A stretch of 64,000 nucleotides of DNA from Gemmatimonadota bacterium (GTDB lineage: Bacteria; Gemmatimonadota; Gemmatimonadetes; Longimicrobiales; Gaopeijiaceae). Position 1 is the first letter of the stretch. Each line of letters begins with the position of its first letter. Made by a program: the position numbers and the translations under genes. The DNA lies in the NCBI GenBank assembly GCA_039585495.1, contig JBDGVT010000038.1, forward strand, positions 1,774 to 65,773. The letters are read 5' to 3'. This document shows, piece after piece, positions 1-9,364 of this stretch. The notes beneath the pieces are model-generated. The model was not told where the DNA came from. It made no database searches and saw nothing but the letters and a program-made list of their open reading frames with translations.

Positions 1-28
1 GGAGGGTAAGCCCACTGGACGGCAGCCG

Positions 29-910
29 TCATGAGGCAAAGACCTTTCGGGGCTTCAACACACCCTCGTCCATCTGGCCGATCGCGTAGAGGGCACCGTC
101 ATGGGCGACCGCCACCAGGCCATCCCTGATCTCGTCCGTCAGACGGACCTTCTGTCCGTGCATTACCCGGGTCGCGATCTCCGAGTCGATATCGACCACG
201 GGTAGGTGACCGACCGCGTCGAGGGGCGAGACGGCAGCCTCCCGCACGCGTACCGAGTCCGAGAGCGAATCCACTTCGATCGCGGAATCGATACCGAACG
301 GCCCCACCGAGGTCCGACGCAGCGCCGTGAGGTGCGCGCCGAAGCCGAGGGTCTCACCAAGATCCCGGGCGATGGAACGGATATACGTGCCGCTGGAGCA
401 GCGGACGGAGAACCTCACGTCCGGCAAGTCGATGTGGAGGAGTTCGATCTCACGAATCGTGACGGCGACGGGGGGAAGCGTCACGTGCTCCCCACGACGG
501 GCCCGGCGATGCATGGCTTCGCCGTCTACCTTCTTCGCCGAAAATTGCGGCGGGACCTGTTGGATTTCTCCGACGAACGCCTTCAACGCCTCGACAATCC
601 GTTCCGGGGCACAATCCGCCCATCCCTCGGTTTCTTCCAGGATTTCCCCGTCCCGATCGAGTGTATCGGTCGTGACCCCAAGCGTGGCGACCGCTTCGTA
701 GCCCTTGTCCATCCCGGAGAGGTACTCGGCGAGCCTCGTTGCTCGTCCGACACACAGAAGGAGCAGCCCTGACGCAAATGGGTCCAGTGTTCCCGTGTGT
801 CCGACGCGACGGGTACCGATACCTCGGCGGGCCATGGCGACGATATCGTGGGAAGTCGGCCCTTCGGGTTTGTCGACCGGCACGACGAAATCGACATCGC
901 CCGGCGTCAC
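29..910 (-). CDS. truB: tRNA pseudouridine(55) synthase TruB
   Basis: 293-aa ORF with VDKPEGPTSHD and GHTGTLDPFASG (catalytic Asp) motifs. Overlaps upstream rbfA by 4 nt in the conserved nusA-infB-rbfA-truB cluster. Confidence 0.95.
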   Translation of the reverse strand: MTPGDVDFVVPVDKPEGPTSHDIVAMARRGIGTRRVGHTGTLDPFASGLLLLCVGRATRLAEYLSGMDKGYEAVATLGVTTDTLDRDGEILEETEGWADCAPERIVEALKAFVGEIQQVPPQFSAKKVDGEAMHRRARRGEHVTLPPVAVTIREIELLHIDLPDVRFSVRCSSGTYIRSIARDLGETLGFGAHLTALRRTSVGPFGIDSAIEVDSLSDSVRVREAAVSPLDAVGHLPVVDIDSEIATRVMHGQKVRLTDEIRDGLVAVAHDGALYAIGQMDEGVLKPRKVFAS

Positions 911-1296
911 TCCCCGGTCCCTTCCCCGTCCGGATCGTCCTCGACCAGAGGCTCCTCGGCGGGCAGTACATCGGTGAGCACCTGCTCGATTCGAAGAGCG
1001 CTCTCGTAGGACCGGTCCTCCCGAAAACGGAGCTCCGGAATCCGCCGCACATGGAGTGAACGGCCCAGTGTCGTCCGCAGGAAGGGCGCCGCCGCCTCGA
1101 GTCCCGCGAGTGTCTCCGCGAGTTGTTCCGGGCCACCGACCTCACGCACGTAGACCTTCGCCGATCCCAGATCGGCGGCGACATCTACCCCCGTGATCGT
1201 GACGAGCCCCACCCTCGGGTCCCGCACTTGGGTGCGGATGATATCCGTCAATTCGCGCTTGAGCTGCTCGTTCAGGCGCGCGATCCGTTTACTCAT
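907..1296 (-). CDS. rbfA: ribosome-binding factor A
   Basis: 129-aa ORF whose N-terminus KRIARLNEQLKRELTDIIRTQVRDPRVG is typical of RbfA. Lies between infB and truB. Confidence 0.93.
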   Translation of the reverse strand: MSKRIARLNEQLKRELTDIIRTQVRDPRVGLVTITGVDVAADLGSAKVYVREVGGPEQLAETLAGLEAAAPFLRTTLGRSLHVRRIPELRFREDRSYESALRIEQVLTDVLPAEEPLVEDDPDGEGTGE

Positions 1297-1336
1297 GTCC
1301 GGTCGGCCGTCGAGAAGTGAGCCAGATCCACATTCA

Positions 1337-1618
1337 TCAGTATCGCTCCCGGTGTACGCCCGCGATCACCGCCCCGCCGTGCATCTCCACGAATCGGTCG
1401 ATCTTGTCGAGGGTCGACTCGGCCACCCGGCCATCGCTGGCTACGAGCGCAATCGTGAGCTCCGCCCGGGTATGCACGTCCTGATACGCGGTCTCCGCCA
1501 CCGACACGTTGAACTTCCCGCGCATGCGATCTCTCAGCGAGCGCACGATCGACCTCTTCTCCTTGAGAGAGGCACATCCGGGCAGTGACAGCTCCCATGT
1601 CTGCGACACGACGACCAT
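1337..1618 (-). CDS. DUF503 (YlxP-like) small protein
   Basis: 93-aa ORF. LSLPGCASLKEKRSIVRSLRDRM resembles DUF503 proteins, which commonly sit between infB and rbfA. Confidence 0.8.
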   Translation of the reverse strand: MVVVSQTWELSLPGCASLKEKRSIVRSLRDRMRGKFNVSVAETAYQDVHTRAELTIALVASDGRVAESTLDKIDRFVEMHGGAVIAGVHRERY

Positions 1619-1642
1619 GTCCCGGCCGATCCGTCAGACGGA

Positions 1643-4324
1643 TCAGGTCGAACTGGCCAGGGTGCGGGCGAACTCTTCGACCGAGTAGCACTCGATCACG
1701 TCGCCGACCTTGATGTCGTTGAAGTTGGCGATGCCGATACCGCACTCGAAGCTCTCGCGCACTTCCTTGACGTCGTCCTTGAAACGTTTGAGGGACGAGA
1801 TCTCGCCATCGTATATCACGATTCCGTCGCGGATGAGGCGGCCTCGGCCCTTCCGGTCGACGCGACCATGGGTCACGTAGGAACCGGCGATCGTACCGAC
1901 CTTCGATACCCTGAAGACCTCACGAACCTCCGCGGTACCCTCGATCGTCTCACGCTTCTCCGGCGCGAGCATTCCCTCGAGCGCCGCCGTAACCTCGTCG
2001 ACCGCTTCGTAGATGACGTCGTAAACGTGAATGTCCACGTCGGACCGTTCCGCCTCCAGTCGTGCCGCAGTCTGAGGTCGGACGCGGAAGCCGAGGATGA
2101 CCGCACCTGCCGTCTGCGCCAGCAGCACGTCCGACTCGTTGATCGCACCGACCCCACGGTGAATGATCTCCACCTGGACCTCGCTGGTGCCGAGCTGCTC
2201 GAGTGAGTCGGAAAGGGCCTGCACCGAGCCGTCCACGTCACCTTTGATGACCAGCGGCATGCTGGAGATCTTCCCCGCGGCGGCGAGGGCGCCGAAGTCG
2301 CCGAGCTTCACGCCACGTTCACGGATTCTCAGCTGCTTCTCTCGATCCAGACGCTGCCGGGTGCCTGCGATCTCAGCTGCCGCCTCGGCTCCCATGGCCT
2401 GGAAGATGTCGCCAGCCTGAGGAACGCCACCGGCGCCCAGAACCTGAACAGGGGTCGCCGGTCCGACCTCTTCGACCGGATGTCCGCGCTCGTCGAGCAG
2501 GGCGCGAACGCGACCGTCGAAGAGTCCGCAGATGAAGGAGTCACCGACACGCAGCGTCCCCTTCTGCACGAGCACGGAGACCACCGGACCCTTACCGACG
2601 TCGAGCTGTGCCTCGATCACGGTACCCGCAGCGTCGCGGTTCGGATTCGCCTTCAGTTCGAGCATCTCCGCCTGTAGCAGGACCTTGTCGAGCAGATCAT
2701 CGACCCCTTCGCCCGTCTTGGCCGAGATCTCTGCTGCCAGAACGTCCCCGCCGAAATCCTCGACGTTGACGCTGTGCTGCAGCAACTGCTGCTTGACCCT
2801 GTTCGGATCCGACGCCGGTAGATCCACCTTGTTGATCGCCACGATCATCGGCACACCGGCGTTCTTCGCGTGGCTAATCGCTTCGATCGTCTGAGGCATC
2901 ACCGAATCGTCGGCAGCCACGATGAGGATCACGATGTCGGTAACGTCGGCGCCCCGCGCACGCATGGCGGTAAAGGCGGCGTGACCAGGCGTATCCAGGA
3001 ATGCGATACTGCGCCCGTCTTCCAACTCGACATGGTAGGCACCGATGTGCTGGGTAATCCCACCCGCCTCGCCGGCGACCACGTTCGTGCTCCGAATTCG
3101 ATCCAGGAGTAGTGTCTTTCCGTGGTCGACGTGTCCCATGACCGTGACCACCGGACTGCGAGGCTCGAGATCCTCTTCGGCGTCCGCGACTTCCTCGACC
3201 TCCGGCTCCGCGCTGTAATCCTCTTCACGAACCGCGGTGAAGTTGAATTCGTCGAGCAGCATCTCGATCTGATCGAAGTCCAGCCGCTGATTGATCGTGA
3301 CCATCAGGCCCATGTTCTTGAATGCCGAGCCTACGATCTCGGTTGACGGTACGTCCATCAACTCGGCAAGCTCTGCAACAGTCAGGAACTCGTTGACTCG
3401 TACCGTGGTCCGCTCGCGCTCCTGCTCTTCGTGCTTCTCCTGCTCCTGAGCTTCCTGCTCTTCGGCGGACAGGCGCTGGCCCTTCCGGCGCTTCTTCTTT
3501 CCACCGCCACCCTTCAGTTCCGCCATGACGCGCTGGATGTTCGACTGCACCGCGCTCTGATCGACCCCCGCGCGCTTCTTTCCCTTCTTCTTATCCTTGC
3601 GCTGGCGTTGACCGTCGGCCGTGTACCCCTCGGCCTGCACCCGCACCTGACCGCCCGGGCCGGCGCTCGCCGCCGGAGCAGGGCGACGGATCGTCCGTAC
3701 AGGTCCGTCTGGACCACCCGCCCGCGCTGGGGCCGGGGCAGGACCCGCCGGTGTTGCCGGTGCCTCGGCCTCTGCGGACGCTTCAGCCTCGACGGCCGGT
3801 TCGGACGACTCCGGCTCGGCCTCCTCGGCCTCTTCGGCCACCGCAGCCTCTATCTCGGCCTCCGGCTCGGCCTCAGCGACCTGAGCCTCGGCCTCCGGCT
3901 CATCGTCAGCGGCCTCATCATCAGCCTCGACCTCGGCGGTCATCACCGTGTCGTCGCTGTCTGACGTTTCTTCGTCGACTTCGTCCGTCTTCGCCACCTC
4001 GGCGACCGGCTCTTCCTCTTCCGCGGCTTCCTCGGTCTCCGGCTCCGGCTCGGGCTCGGGCTCCGGCTCCACGACCACGTCAACGCGACGGCGACGACGA
4101 CGACTCGACGTCGGCGCGGTGTCCTCCAGCGCAGCGGCGATCGCCTCGGACGGATCTGCACGACCCGCCCTGCGCTCGCGCTCCATCTTCGCCAGCACTT
4201 TGGCCATCTGCCCATCCGAGATCGTCGCTGTCTCGTCGGCTACGGGAATCCCCATATGCCGAAGAAGCGCAATCAGCGCATCGGCCTGTACCTTCAGATC
4301 GTCTGCCAGCTCAGTTACCTGCAT
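1643..4324 (-). CDS. infB: translation initiation factor IF-2
   Basis: GTPase core motifs [22 protein letters not shown] and NKVD, with a long acidic/Pro-Ala low-complexity N-terminal region. The ORF extends to 4363, but ATG at 4324 ([10 protein letters not shown]) avoids overlap with the upstream gene. Confidence 0.95.
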   Translation of the reverse strand: MQVTELADDLKVQADALIALLRHMGIPVADETATISDGQMAKVLAKMERERRAGRADPSEAIAAALEDTAPTSSRRRRRRVDVVVEPEPEPEPEPETEEAAEEEEPVAEVAKTDEVDEETSDSDDTVMTAEVEADDEAADDEPEAEAQVAEAEPEAEIEAAVAEEAEEAEPESSEPAVEAEASAEAEAPATPAGPAPAPARAGGPDGPVRTIRRPAPAASAGPGGQVRVQAEGYTADGQRQRKDKKKGKKRAGVDQSAVQSNIQRVMAELKGGGGKKKRRKGQRLSAEEQEAQEQEKHEEQERERTTVRVNEFLTVAELAELMDVPSTEIVGSAFKNMGLMVTINQRLDFDQIEMLLDEFNFTAVREEDYSAEPEVEEVADAEEDLEPRSPVVTVMGHVDHGKTLLLDRIRSTNVVAGEAGGITQHIGAYHVELEDGRSIAFLDTPGHAAFTAMRARGADVTDIVILIVAADDSVMPQTIEAISHAKNAGVPMIVAINKVDLPASDPNRVKQQLLQHSVNVEDFGGDVLAAEISAKTGEGVDDLLDKVLLQAEMLELKANPNRDAAGTVIEAQLDVGKGPVVSVLVQKGTLRVGDSFICGLFDGRVRALLDERGHPVEEVGPATPVQVLGAGGVPQAGDIFQAMGAEAAAEIAGTRQRLDREKQLRIRERGVKLGDFGALAAAGKISSMPLVIKGDVDGSVQALSDSLEQLGTSEVQVEIIHRGVGAINESDVLLAQTAGAVILGFRVRPQTAARLEAERSDVDIHVYDVIYEAVDEVTAALEGMLAPEKRETIEGTAEVREVFRVSKVGTIAGSYVTHGRVDRKGRGRLIRDGIVIYDGEISSLKRFKDDVKEVRESFECGIGIANFNDIKVGDVIECYSVEEFARTLASST

Positions 4325-4331
4325 ACTCTTG

Positions 4332-4682
4332 CTACGCCTCCACCGCGTCGGTACTGCTCCCATCTCCGGAGCCGAGCTCCGCGATGAGTTGATCTGCGAG
4401 TGAACGATTCGTCACCGCGACCGCTGAGAGGGTCGCGAGACCAACCGCCGCACCCAAAGTATTTCGATCCCCCAAGGTGACCTGGGGGATCGCTCGGTCA
4501 TGCAACGTCGTCTTGATTTTATCCAGCTGGACGCGTGAAGCGTCCCCTGCAAACAACACCAAATGGGCCTCCCCCTCCCGGATAGCCCGGCGGACGGACT
4601 CCGTTCCGGGAGCCACCGCGCCGGCCCGGCGGGCCAGGCCCAAGAGCCGCAAGACGCTAGCCTTCCGGCTCTCCATCTTCAT
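4332..4682 (-). CDS. L7Ae-family RNA-binding protein (YlxQ-like)
   Basis: 116-aa ORF. LLGLARRAGAVAPGTESVRRAIREGEAHLVLFAGDAS aligns with Bacillus YlxQ. Sits between nusA and infB, and no YlxR/DUF448 gene is present. Confidence 0.8.
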   Translation of the reverse strand: MKMESRKASVLRLLGLARRAGAVAPGTESVRRAIREGEAHLVLFAGDASRVQLDKIKTTLHDRAIPQVTLGDRNTLGAAVGLATLSAVAVTNRSLADQLIAELGSGDGSSTDAVEA

Positions 4683-6096
4683 CTGCCTCCGAAGCTTCGG
4701 CCGTCTCTGCTTCGGCCTCCGCTACATCCGCTGTCTCCTCGACTGCGGCCTCGGATTCGACCTTCTCTGCTGTAGGCGGATCACCCTCGACAGGCACCTC
4801 GCCCTCGACGACCGTCAACTCGTCGATGAGTTCGAGGAGGCGATCTGCGTCCTCCTCTCCGAGACCCTCTATTCCGAGGAAATCACGCCGCTCCAGGTCG
4901 ATAATCTGGAGAAACGTATCATACCCGGCGTCAGAAAGAGCCGCCAGTGTCGGAGGCCGTAAGTCCAACTCCGACAAGGGGAAATCCGATGTCTCGTACT
5001 GATCTTCGGGTGTCGATTCCGTGAACAGGGACATGTCCGCCCCGCGCTCCATCCACTCCCGAGATCCGTAAAGATCGATCTGCCACCCGATGAGCTGCGA
5101 AGCGAGCCTCACGTTCTGCCCGTTCCGCCCAATCGCGAGGGAAAGCTGATCTTCGTCGACGATGGCGGTGATCACCTGACGCTCCGTGTCACTCACGACC
5201 TTCGACACACGAGCGGGCGCGAGCGCACGACGTGCGAAGACCTCTGGATCGGGATGCCACGGCACGATATCGATCCGCTCGCCGCCCAATTCGTTGACCA
5301 CGGCCTGGACTCGAGAGCCCTTGAGGCCCACACATGCCCCCACCGGATCGATTGACTCGTCCCGACTGTATACCGCGATCTTCGTCCGGCCTCCGACCTC
5401 CCGGGAGATCTCCCTGATCTCGACGATGCCCTGGTAGATCTCCGGCACCTCGAGCTGAAAAAGCGCCGACACGAAGAGGGGGTCACCCCGAGACAGAATC
5501 AGCCGAGGGCCTCGAGGCGTTTCCTCGACCTTCTTCAAAACGGCCCGGATCGGATCACCCTGCCGGAAGCGCTCTCTCGGATTCTGGTCCTTCCACGGAA
5601 TGATCGCTTCCGCGTCACGAGCCCGGTTGAGCATCACGACGAGTTTTCCACGCTCAATCTGCTGAAGCTCACCCGACAGTAGCTGGCCGATCTGGTCCGC
5701 GAACTCGTCGCGAATCCGCTCGCGCTCGTTTTCGCGGACTCGCTGCACGATCCTCTGCTTCACGGCCATGACGGCATTTCGCCCGAACTCGGCGAATGCG
5801 ACGGGGATCTCCATCACGTCCCCGACTTCGAAGGTCTCGTCATCCCACCGAGCCTCTTCGAGCGAGATCTCGGACGCGGAATCCTCGACCTCTTCCACAA
5901 CCCGCCGCAGCACGACGATGTCGAACTCGCCCGTGTCCTCGTCGATGTCGATCTCGGCCTGGACACCCGCCCCGTATATACGTGCGAGTCCCGCCAGGAT
6001 CCCGTCCTTGACGAGATCCGTCATTTCTTCGTCCGAAAGGCTCTTCGTCGACGCTACGTCTCTGAAGGCCGCAACGATCTGGGCCGCGTTCGCCAT
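4657..6096 (-). CDS. nusA: transcription termination/antitermination factor NusA
   Basis: 479-aa ORF with S1 and tandem KH regions (VGACVGLKGSRVQAVVNELGGERIDIV; LAIGRNGQNVRLASQLIGWQIDL), one HhH-like C-terminal repeat and an acidic tail. Confidence 0.95.
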   Translation of the reverse strand: MANAAQIVAAFRDVASTKSLSDEEMTDLVKDGILAGLARIYGAGVQAEIDIDEDTGEFDIVVLRRVVEEVEDSASEISLEEARWDDETFEVGDVMEIPVAFAEFGRNAVMAVKQRIVQRVRENERERIRDEFADQIGQLLSGELQQIERGKLVVMLNRARDAEAIIPWKDQNPRERFRQGDPIRAVLKKVEETPRGPRLILSRGDPLFVSALFQLEVPEIYQGIVEIREISREVGGRTKIAVYSRDESIDPVGACVGLKGSRVQAVVNELGGERIDIVPWHPDPEVFARRALAPARVSKVVSDTERQVITAIVDEDQLSLAIGRNGQNVRLASQLIGWQIDLYGSREWMERGADMSLFTESTPEDQYETSDFPLSELDLRPPTLAALSDAGYDTFLQIIDLERRDFLGIEGLGEEDADRLLELIDELTVVEGEVPVEGDPPTAEKVESEAAVEETADVAEAEAETAEASEADEDGEPEG

Positions 6097-6106
6097 CTCT
6101 ATCTCC

Positions 6107-6598
6107 TCACTTCCACGTGAACACGAGGTTCACCTTCCGGACATCCGACCTCGGAACGCTCACCTCTTCACCATTAGGAAGGCGGATCAGCACCGACGCC
6201 GACTCGGTACCCTCACCCTCCAATCCAAGGAGCTCACCCTCCAACCGCGTCGCATTCCCAACGAGCGCCGACGTGCCCTGCACGACGACCTGCTCGCCCC
6301 GGAACCTCTCGAAATCCCGGTCACGCGCGATCGGACGGTCCACTCCGGGCGACGAGACCTCGAGGACGTACTGCTCCGCCAGGCTCTCGTGCCCGTCCAA
6401 CCATGACTCCAGTGCCCGACTCACGACGGCGCAATCGTCCACCGTGACTCCCTGCCCTGCAATCGCGTCCAGCCGGTCGATGCGCAGCTTGAGCATTGGG
6501 CGGCGACCCGTGCCCCCCCACCGAAGCTCGACAAGCTCGTACCCGAGGTCCTCGACCCGGCTCTCCAGCTCATGCTCGATCTCCGGCACGGCCCGCAT
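6107..6598 (-). CDS. rimP: ribosome maturation factor RimP
   Basis: 163-aa ORF immediately upstream of nusA, with the LEVSSPGVDRPI motif typical of RimP. Confidence 0.9.
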   Translation of the reverse strand: MRAVPEIEHELESRVEDLGYELVELRWGGTGRRPMLKLRIDRLDAIAGQGVTVDDCAVVSRALESWLDGHESLAEQYVLEVSSPGVDRPIARDRDFERFRGEQVVVQGTSALVGNATRLEGELLGLEGEGTESASVLIRLPNGEEVSVPRSDVRKVNLVFTWK

Positions 6599-6660
6599 TC
6601 AGACCCTCCAATCAACATTCAGGGGTACGCCGCCGAAGCAGCGAACCCCAGTCCACACCG

Positions 6661-6692
6661 AACAAAAAAGCGGGGGCGACCAACACCCCCAC
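6661..6692 (-). terminator. candidate intrinsic terminator downstream of the 6797-7213 gene
   Basis: On the minus strand: GGGGG, 9-nt loop, CCCCC, followed by GCTTTTTTGTT. The stem is only 5 GC pairs. Located between the phasin-like gene and rimP. Confidence 0.45.
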
Positions 6693-6796
6693 TTCATAAG
6701 AACCGCCGCGGAACAGCGGCTATCACAGACGATCAATATAGAGGAGGCCCGGAACGCACTCAACCCTGCGCCCCGGGTCCGGCCTCTACCTGTCCA

Positions 6797-7213
6797 TCAG
6801 TCCTCCGATTCCGCCGGCTCACCCTCCGATTGTGGAGACTCGTCCGCGCTCTCGCTGCCGTTCGACGATCCGAATACGCTTTCTTCCAGCGAACTGACTC
6901 GGGCCTTGATGGAATCCACGGCAGTCTTCAGCACGTCCACATCGGATTGCTGCGCGAAATCCAGCTTCTCGCGAGCCCCTTCCGCCGCATCCTGGGCTCG
7001 ATCCAGAGCCTCCTTCATGACTTCCTTGGCCCGATCGGCCGACAGGTCCCCCCGATCACGGGCCTCCTGGATCGTTTCCTCCAGGGCGTCCTTGAAGGCA
7101 GACAGTACGCCGATACCCTGTTTGATCCCGTCCTCTACCTTCGACTTCCTGGACCGCGACTCGTCGGCACCCTCTGCGTTGTCCCCGGTCTCGGTCTTCT
7201 GCTCTTCGGTCAT
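6797..7213 (-). CDS. acidic coiled-coil protein, weakly phasin-like
   Basis: 138-aa ORF with helical, charged composition (GIKQGIGVLSAFKDALEETIQEARDRG) reminiscent of phasin/PHA-regulator-like COG3937 proteins. Function not otherwise supported. Confidence 0.5.
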   Translation of the reverse strand: MTEEQKTETGDNAEGADESRSRKSKVEDGIKQGIGVLSAFKDALEETIQEARDRGDLSADRAKEVMKEALDRAQDAAEGAREKLDFAQQSDVDVLKTAVDSIKARVSSLEESVFGSSNGSESADESPQSEGEPAESED

Positions 7214-7296
7214 CGGACTCGTTCCATCTTCTGTAAGGTCGAACCACTCATTACCACACTACGGAAGTTACCTCATGCTCGGTTCAGAGGTCTCTT

Positions 7297-8577
7297 TCAG
7301 TCTTCGGTCCGGGTGATCCGGGCACCGAGTCCGGTCAGACGCTCATCGATCCGTTCGTACCCACGCTCGATCTGTCTGATGTTGTGGATTTCACTCGTGC
7401 CCTCCGCACCCAGCGCCGCGATGAGCAACGCCATCCCTGCCCGGATGTCAGGACTCTCGACCACTCCGCCCTGCAGGGGTCTGGGTCCGACCACGACCGC
7501 CCGGTGTGGATCGCACAGGATGATCGAGGCACCCAGACCCACCAGCTTGTCGGTGAAGTACATGCGCGACTCGAACATCTTCTCGTGGATCAACACGGTA
7601 CCTCTACACTGAGTCGCCGCGACCAGAGCAATGGATGTCAAATCTGCCGGGAACGCTGGCCACGGACCATCGTCCACCTTGGGGACGGCACCGAACGCGT
7701 CCGGTTGGATTTCGTGATCCTCCGCCCCATGGACGTGGAGGTCGGTCCCGTCGATTTCGCATCGGATACCCAATCGACGGAATCCGATGAGGGTGGAATC
7801 GAGGTGCTCGACAGGCGCTCCTTCGATCGTGAGATCACTACCCGTGACCGCGGCGAGCCCGATGAACGAGCCTGTCTCGATGTGATCGGCACCGATCCGG
7901 AAACGAGTACCCGTCAGCTCTTCCACACCTTCGATGCGGAGCACGTGAGTCCCGATCCCTTCGATCCGGGCACCCATTGCATTGAGCAAGTGACACAGGT
8001 CCTGCACGTGCGGCTCGGCGGCCGCGTTCCTGATCTTCGTCTCGCCAACGGCGCGGACCGCTGCCATCACCGCGTTCTCAGTGCCGGTCACCGAGGGTTC
8101 GTCGAGAAAGAAGTCGGCGCCCTTCAGGCCATCCGCTTGAATCGTGAAGCCTCCGTTCAGAGACAACGTCGACCCCAGCGCCTCGAAGGCGAGGAAGTGC
8201 GTATCCATGCGCCTGCGTCCGATTACGTCTCCGCCGGGCGGTGGCAGTTCGACATGCCCGAATCGCGCGAGAAGGGGCCCTGCGAGCAGAACGGACGCCC
8301 TGATCCGTTTGGCCAGCTGAACGTCGACGGTGTCCGTGCCAACCCCGCTCGCGTCGATGGTCACCTCGTTCGGTGCCGACCACGCGACCTCCGCTCCGAG
8401 CGACTGGATGATCTGGAGAAACGTCTCCACGTCGCGGATTCGAGGAACGTTTTCGAGAACGACCGGTTCGCTCGCCAGGACCGTGGCGGCGAGACAAGGG
8501 AGGGCAGCGTTCTTGTTACCGGCTGGGCGTATCCGGCCGGTCAGCCGGTGCCCACCCTCGACCAGGAATGTCCCCAT
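7297..8577 (-). CDS. murA: UDP-N-acetylglucosamine 1-carboxyvinyltransferase MurA (Asp-type active site)
   Basis: N-terminus MGTFLVEGGHRLTGRIRPAGNKNAALP and active-site loop PGGDVIGRRRMDTH. The ORF extends to 8709, but ATG at 8577 gives the canonical MurA N-terminus. Confidence 0.93.
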   Translation of the reverse strand: MGTFLVEGGHRLTGRIRPAGNKNAALPCLAATVLASEPVVLENVPRIRDVETFLQIIQSLGAEVAWSAPNEVTIDASGVGTDTVDVQLAKRIRASVLLAGPLLARFGHVELPPPGGDVIGRRRMDTHFLAFEALGSTLSLNGGFTIQADGLKGADFFLDEPSVTGTENAVMAAVRAVGETKIRNAAAEPHVQDLCHLLNAMGARIEGIGTHVLRIEGVEELTGTRFRIGADHIETGSFIGLAAVTGSDLTIEGAPVEHLDSTLIGFRRLGIRCEIDGTDLHVHGAEDHEIQPDAFGAVPKVDDGPWPAFPADLTSIALVAATQCRGTVLIHEKMFESRMYFTDKLVGLGASIILCDPHRAVVVGPRPLQGGVVESPDIRAGMALLIAALGAEGTSEIHNIRQIERGYERIDERLTGLGARITRTED

Positions 8578-8839
8578 GGTCTCCGCGAAACGGGGGAAGA
8601 AGGGGGCGGACCGGAAGCAGCTACGCTCCTCCGCCGGACCGGCCTCACGGGAAGGAAGATACCCCGGGGCTTCACGTGCCAGCAACCGACTCATACCCAC
8701 CTCCTCCACCCTGACTCACCGTTTCGACACTCGCTGCTCAGAGTCCGCCGGACTCAGCTACTGGGAATGCACGATGCGTGCCGTATCTTCCTGAATCGCG
8801 TCACAAGACGTGACACTCGAGCCCCATTAGACTTCAGGC

Positions 8840-9364
8840 ATGTTGACTTCTTCTCTCGCCGCGCTTCAGTCGATGCCGCCTCGCGACGGTCTGGCGATCA
8901 CCGCAGACGTAGCGATCGTCATCATGGCGGGCGCGGTGGTCGTGTTCGCACTCCTGGGCTGCGTTCTGCTCCTCCGCGCAAACCGGACGCTCCGAGAAGT
9001 GCGGCTCGGTGTTCACCAGAATCTGGGTCCCGTTTCCGACAGGGCGCGGAGCATCTCCGACAACGTCGAGTTCATCACGCAGGCTCTGAGGACCGACGTC
9101 GAAAGGCTCAACGCATCGGTAAAGGCGCTTACCGAACGGCTTCACCTGGCTTCGGAGCGCATGGAGGAACGCATCGAGGAGTTCAACGCACTCATGGAGG
9201 TCGTCCAGGGCGAAGCCGAGGACCTCTTCCTCGACACGGCCTCGACGGTCCGTGGCGTGCGCGAGGGAGCGAGGGTGATCGCGGCTTCACAAACGCCTTC
9301 TCCCGAACCCGTCGATGACGAGGCACCGGAGGAAGACGGTGCGAACGACGGCGGCGATCGCTGA
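8840..9364 (+). CDS. DUF948-like membrane-anchored coiled-coil protein
   Basis: 174-aa ORF with one N-terminal TM helix (VAIVIMAGAVVVFALLGCVLLL), then a helical region and an acidic tail. Architecture resembles DUF948/YtxH-type proteins. Confidence 0.55.
   Translation: MLTSSLAALQSMPPRDGLAITADVAIVIMAGAVVVFALLGCVLLLRANRTLREVRLGVHQNLGPVSDRARSISDNVEFITQALRTDVERLNASVKALTERLHLASERMEERIEEFNALMEVVQGEAEDLFLDTASTVRGVREGARVIAASQTPSPEPVDDEAPEEDGANDGGDR

Noticed and set aside
3750-4100. Highly repetitive GAG/GCC/CCG-rich DNA (for example ggctccggctcgggctcgggctccggctcc) that could have been a non-coding repeat element.
   Set aside because: It is in frame within infB and encodes the acidic [13 protein letters not shown] low-complexity N-terminal linker of IF-2, a common feature of this protein.
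6117-7316. Long ORFs antisense to recognised genes (6117-7316, 7384-9318, 17076-18623, 25513-27309, 59969-61756 and many shorter ones).
   Set aside because: They lie opposite strongly supported conserved genes (rimP, murA, serS, cdsA/uppS/frr, cinA). Their Arg/Pro/Ser/Gly-rich low-complexity translations are typical of stop-poor alternative frames in high-GC DNA, and they contain no recognisable motifs.
8741-8755. 15-nt palindrome GAGTCCG-C-CGGACTC, plus a nearby GTCAC-N5-GTGAC inverted repeat at 8800-8814, in the 262-nt murA/DUF948 divergent region. Possible operator sites.
   Set aside because: They occur once, are short and GC-rich, and such palindromes are expected by chance in 65% GC DNA. 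There is no adjacent regulator gene or second copy to support a binding site.
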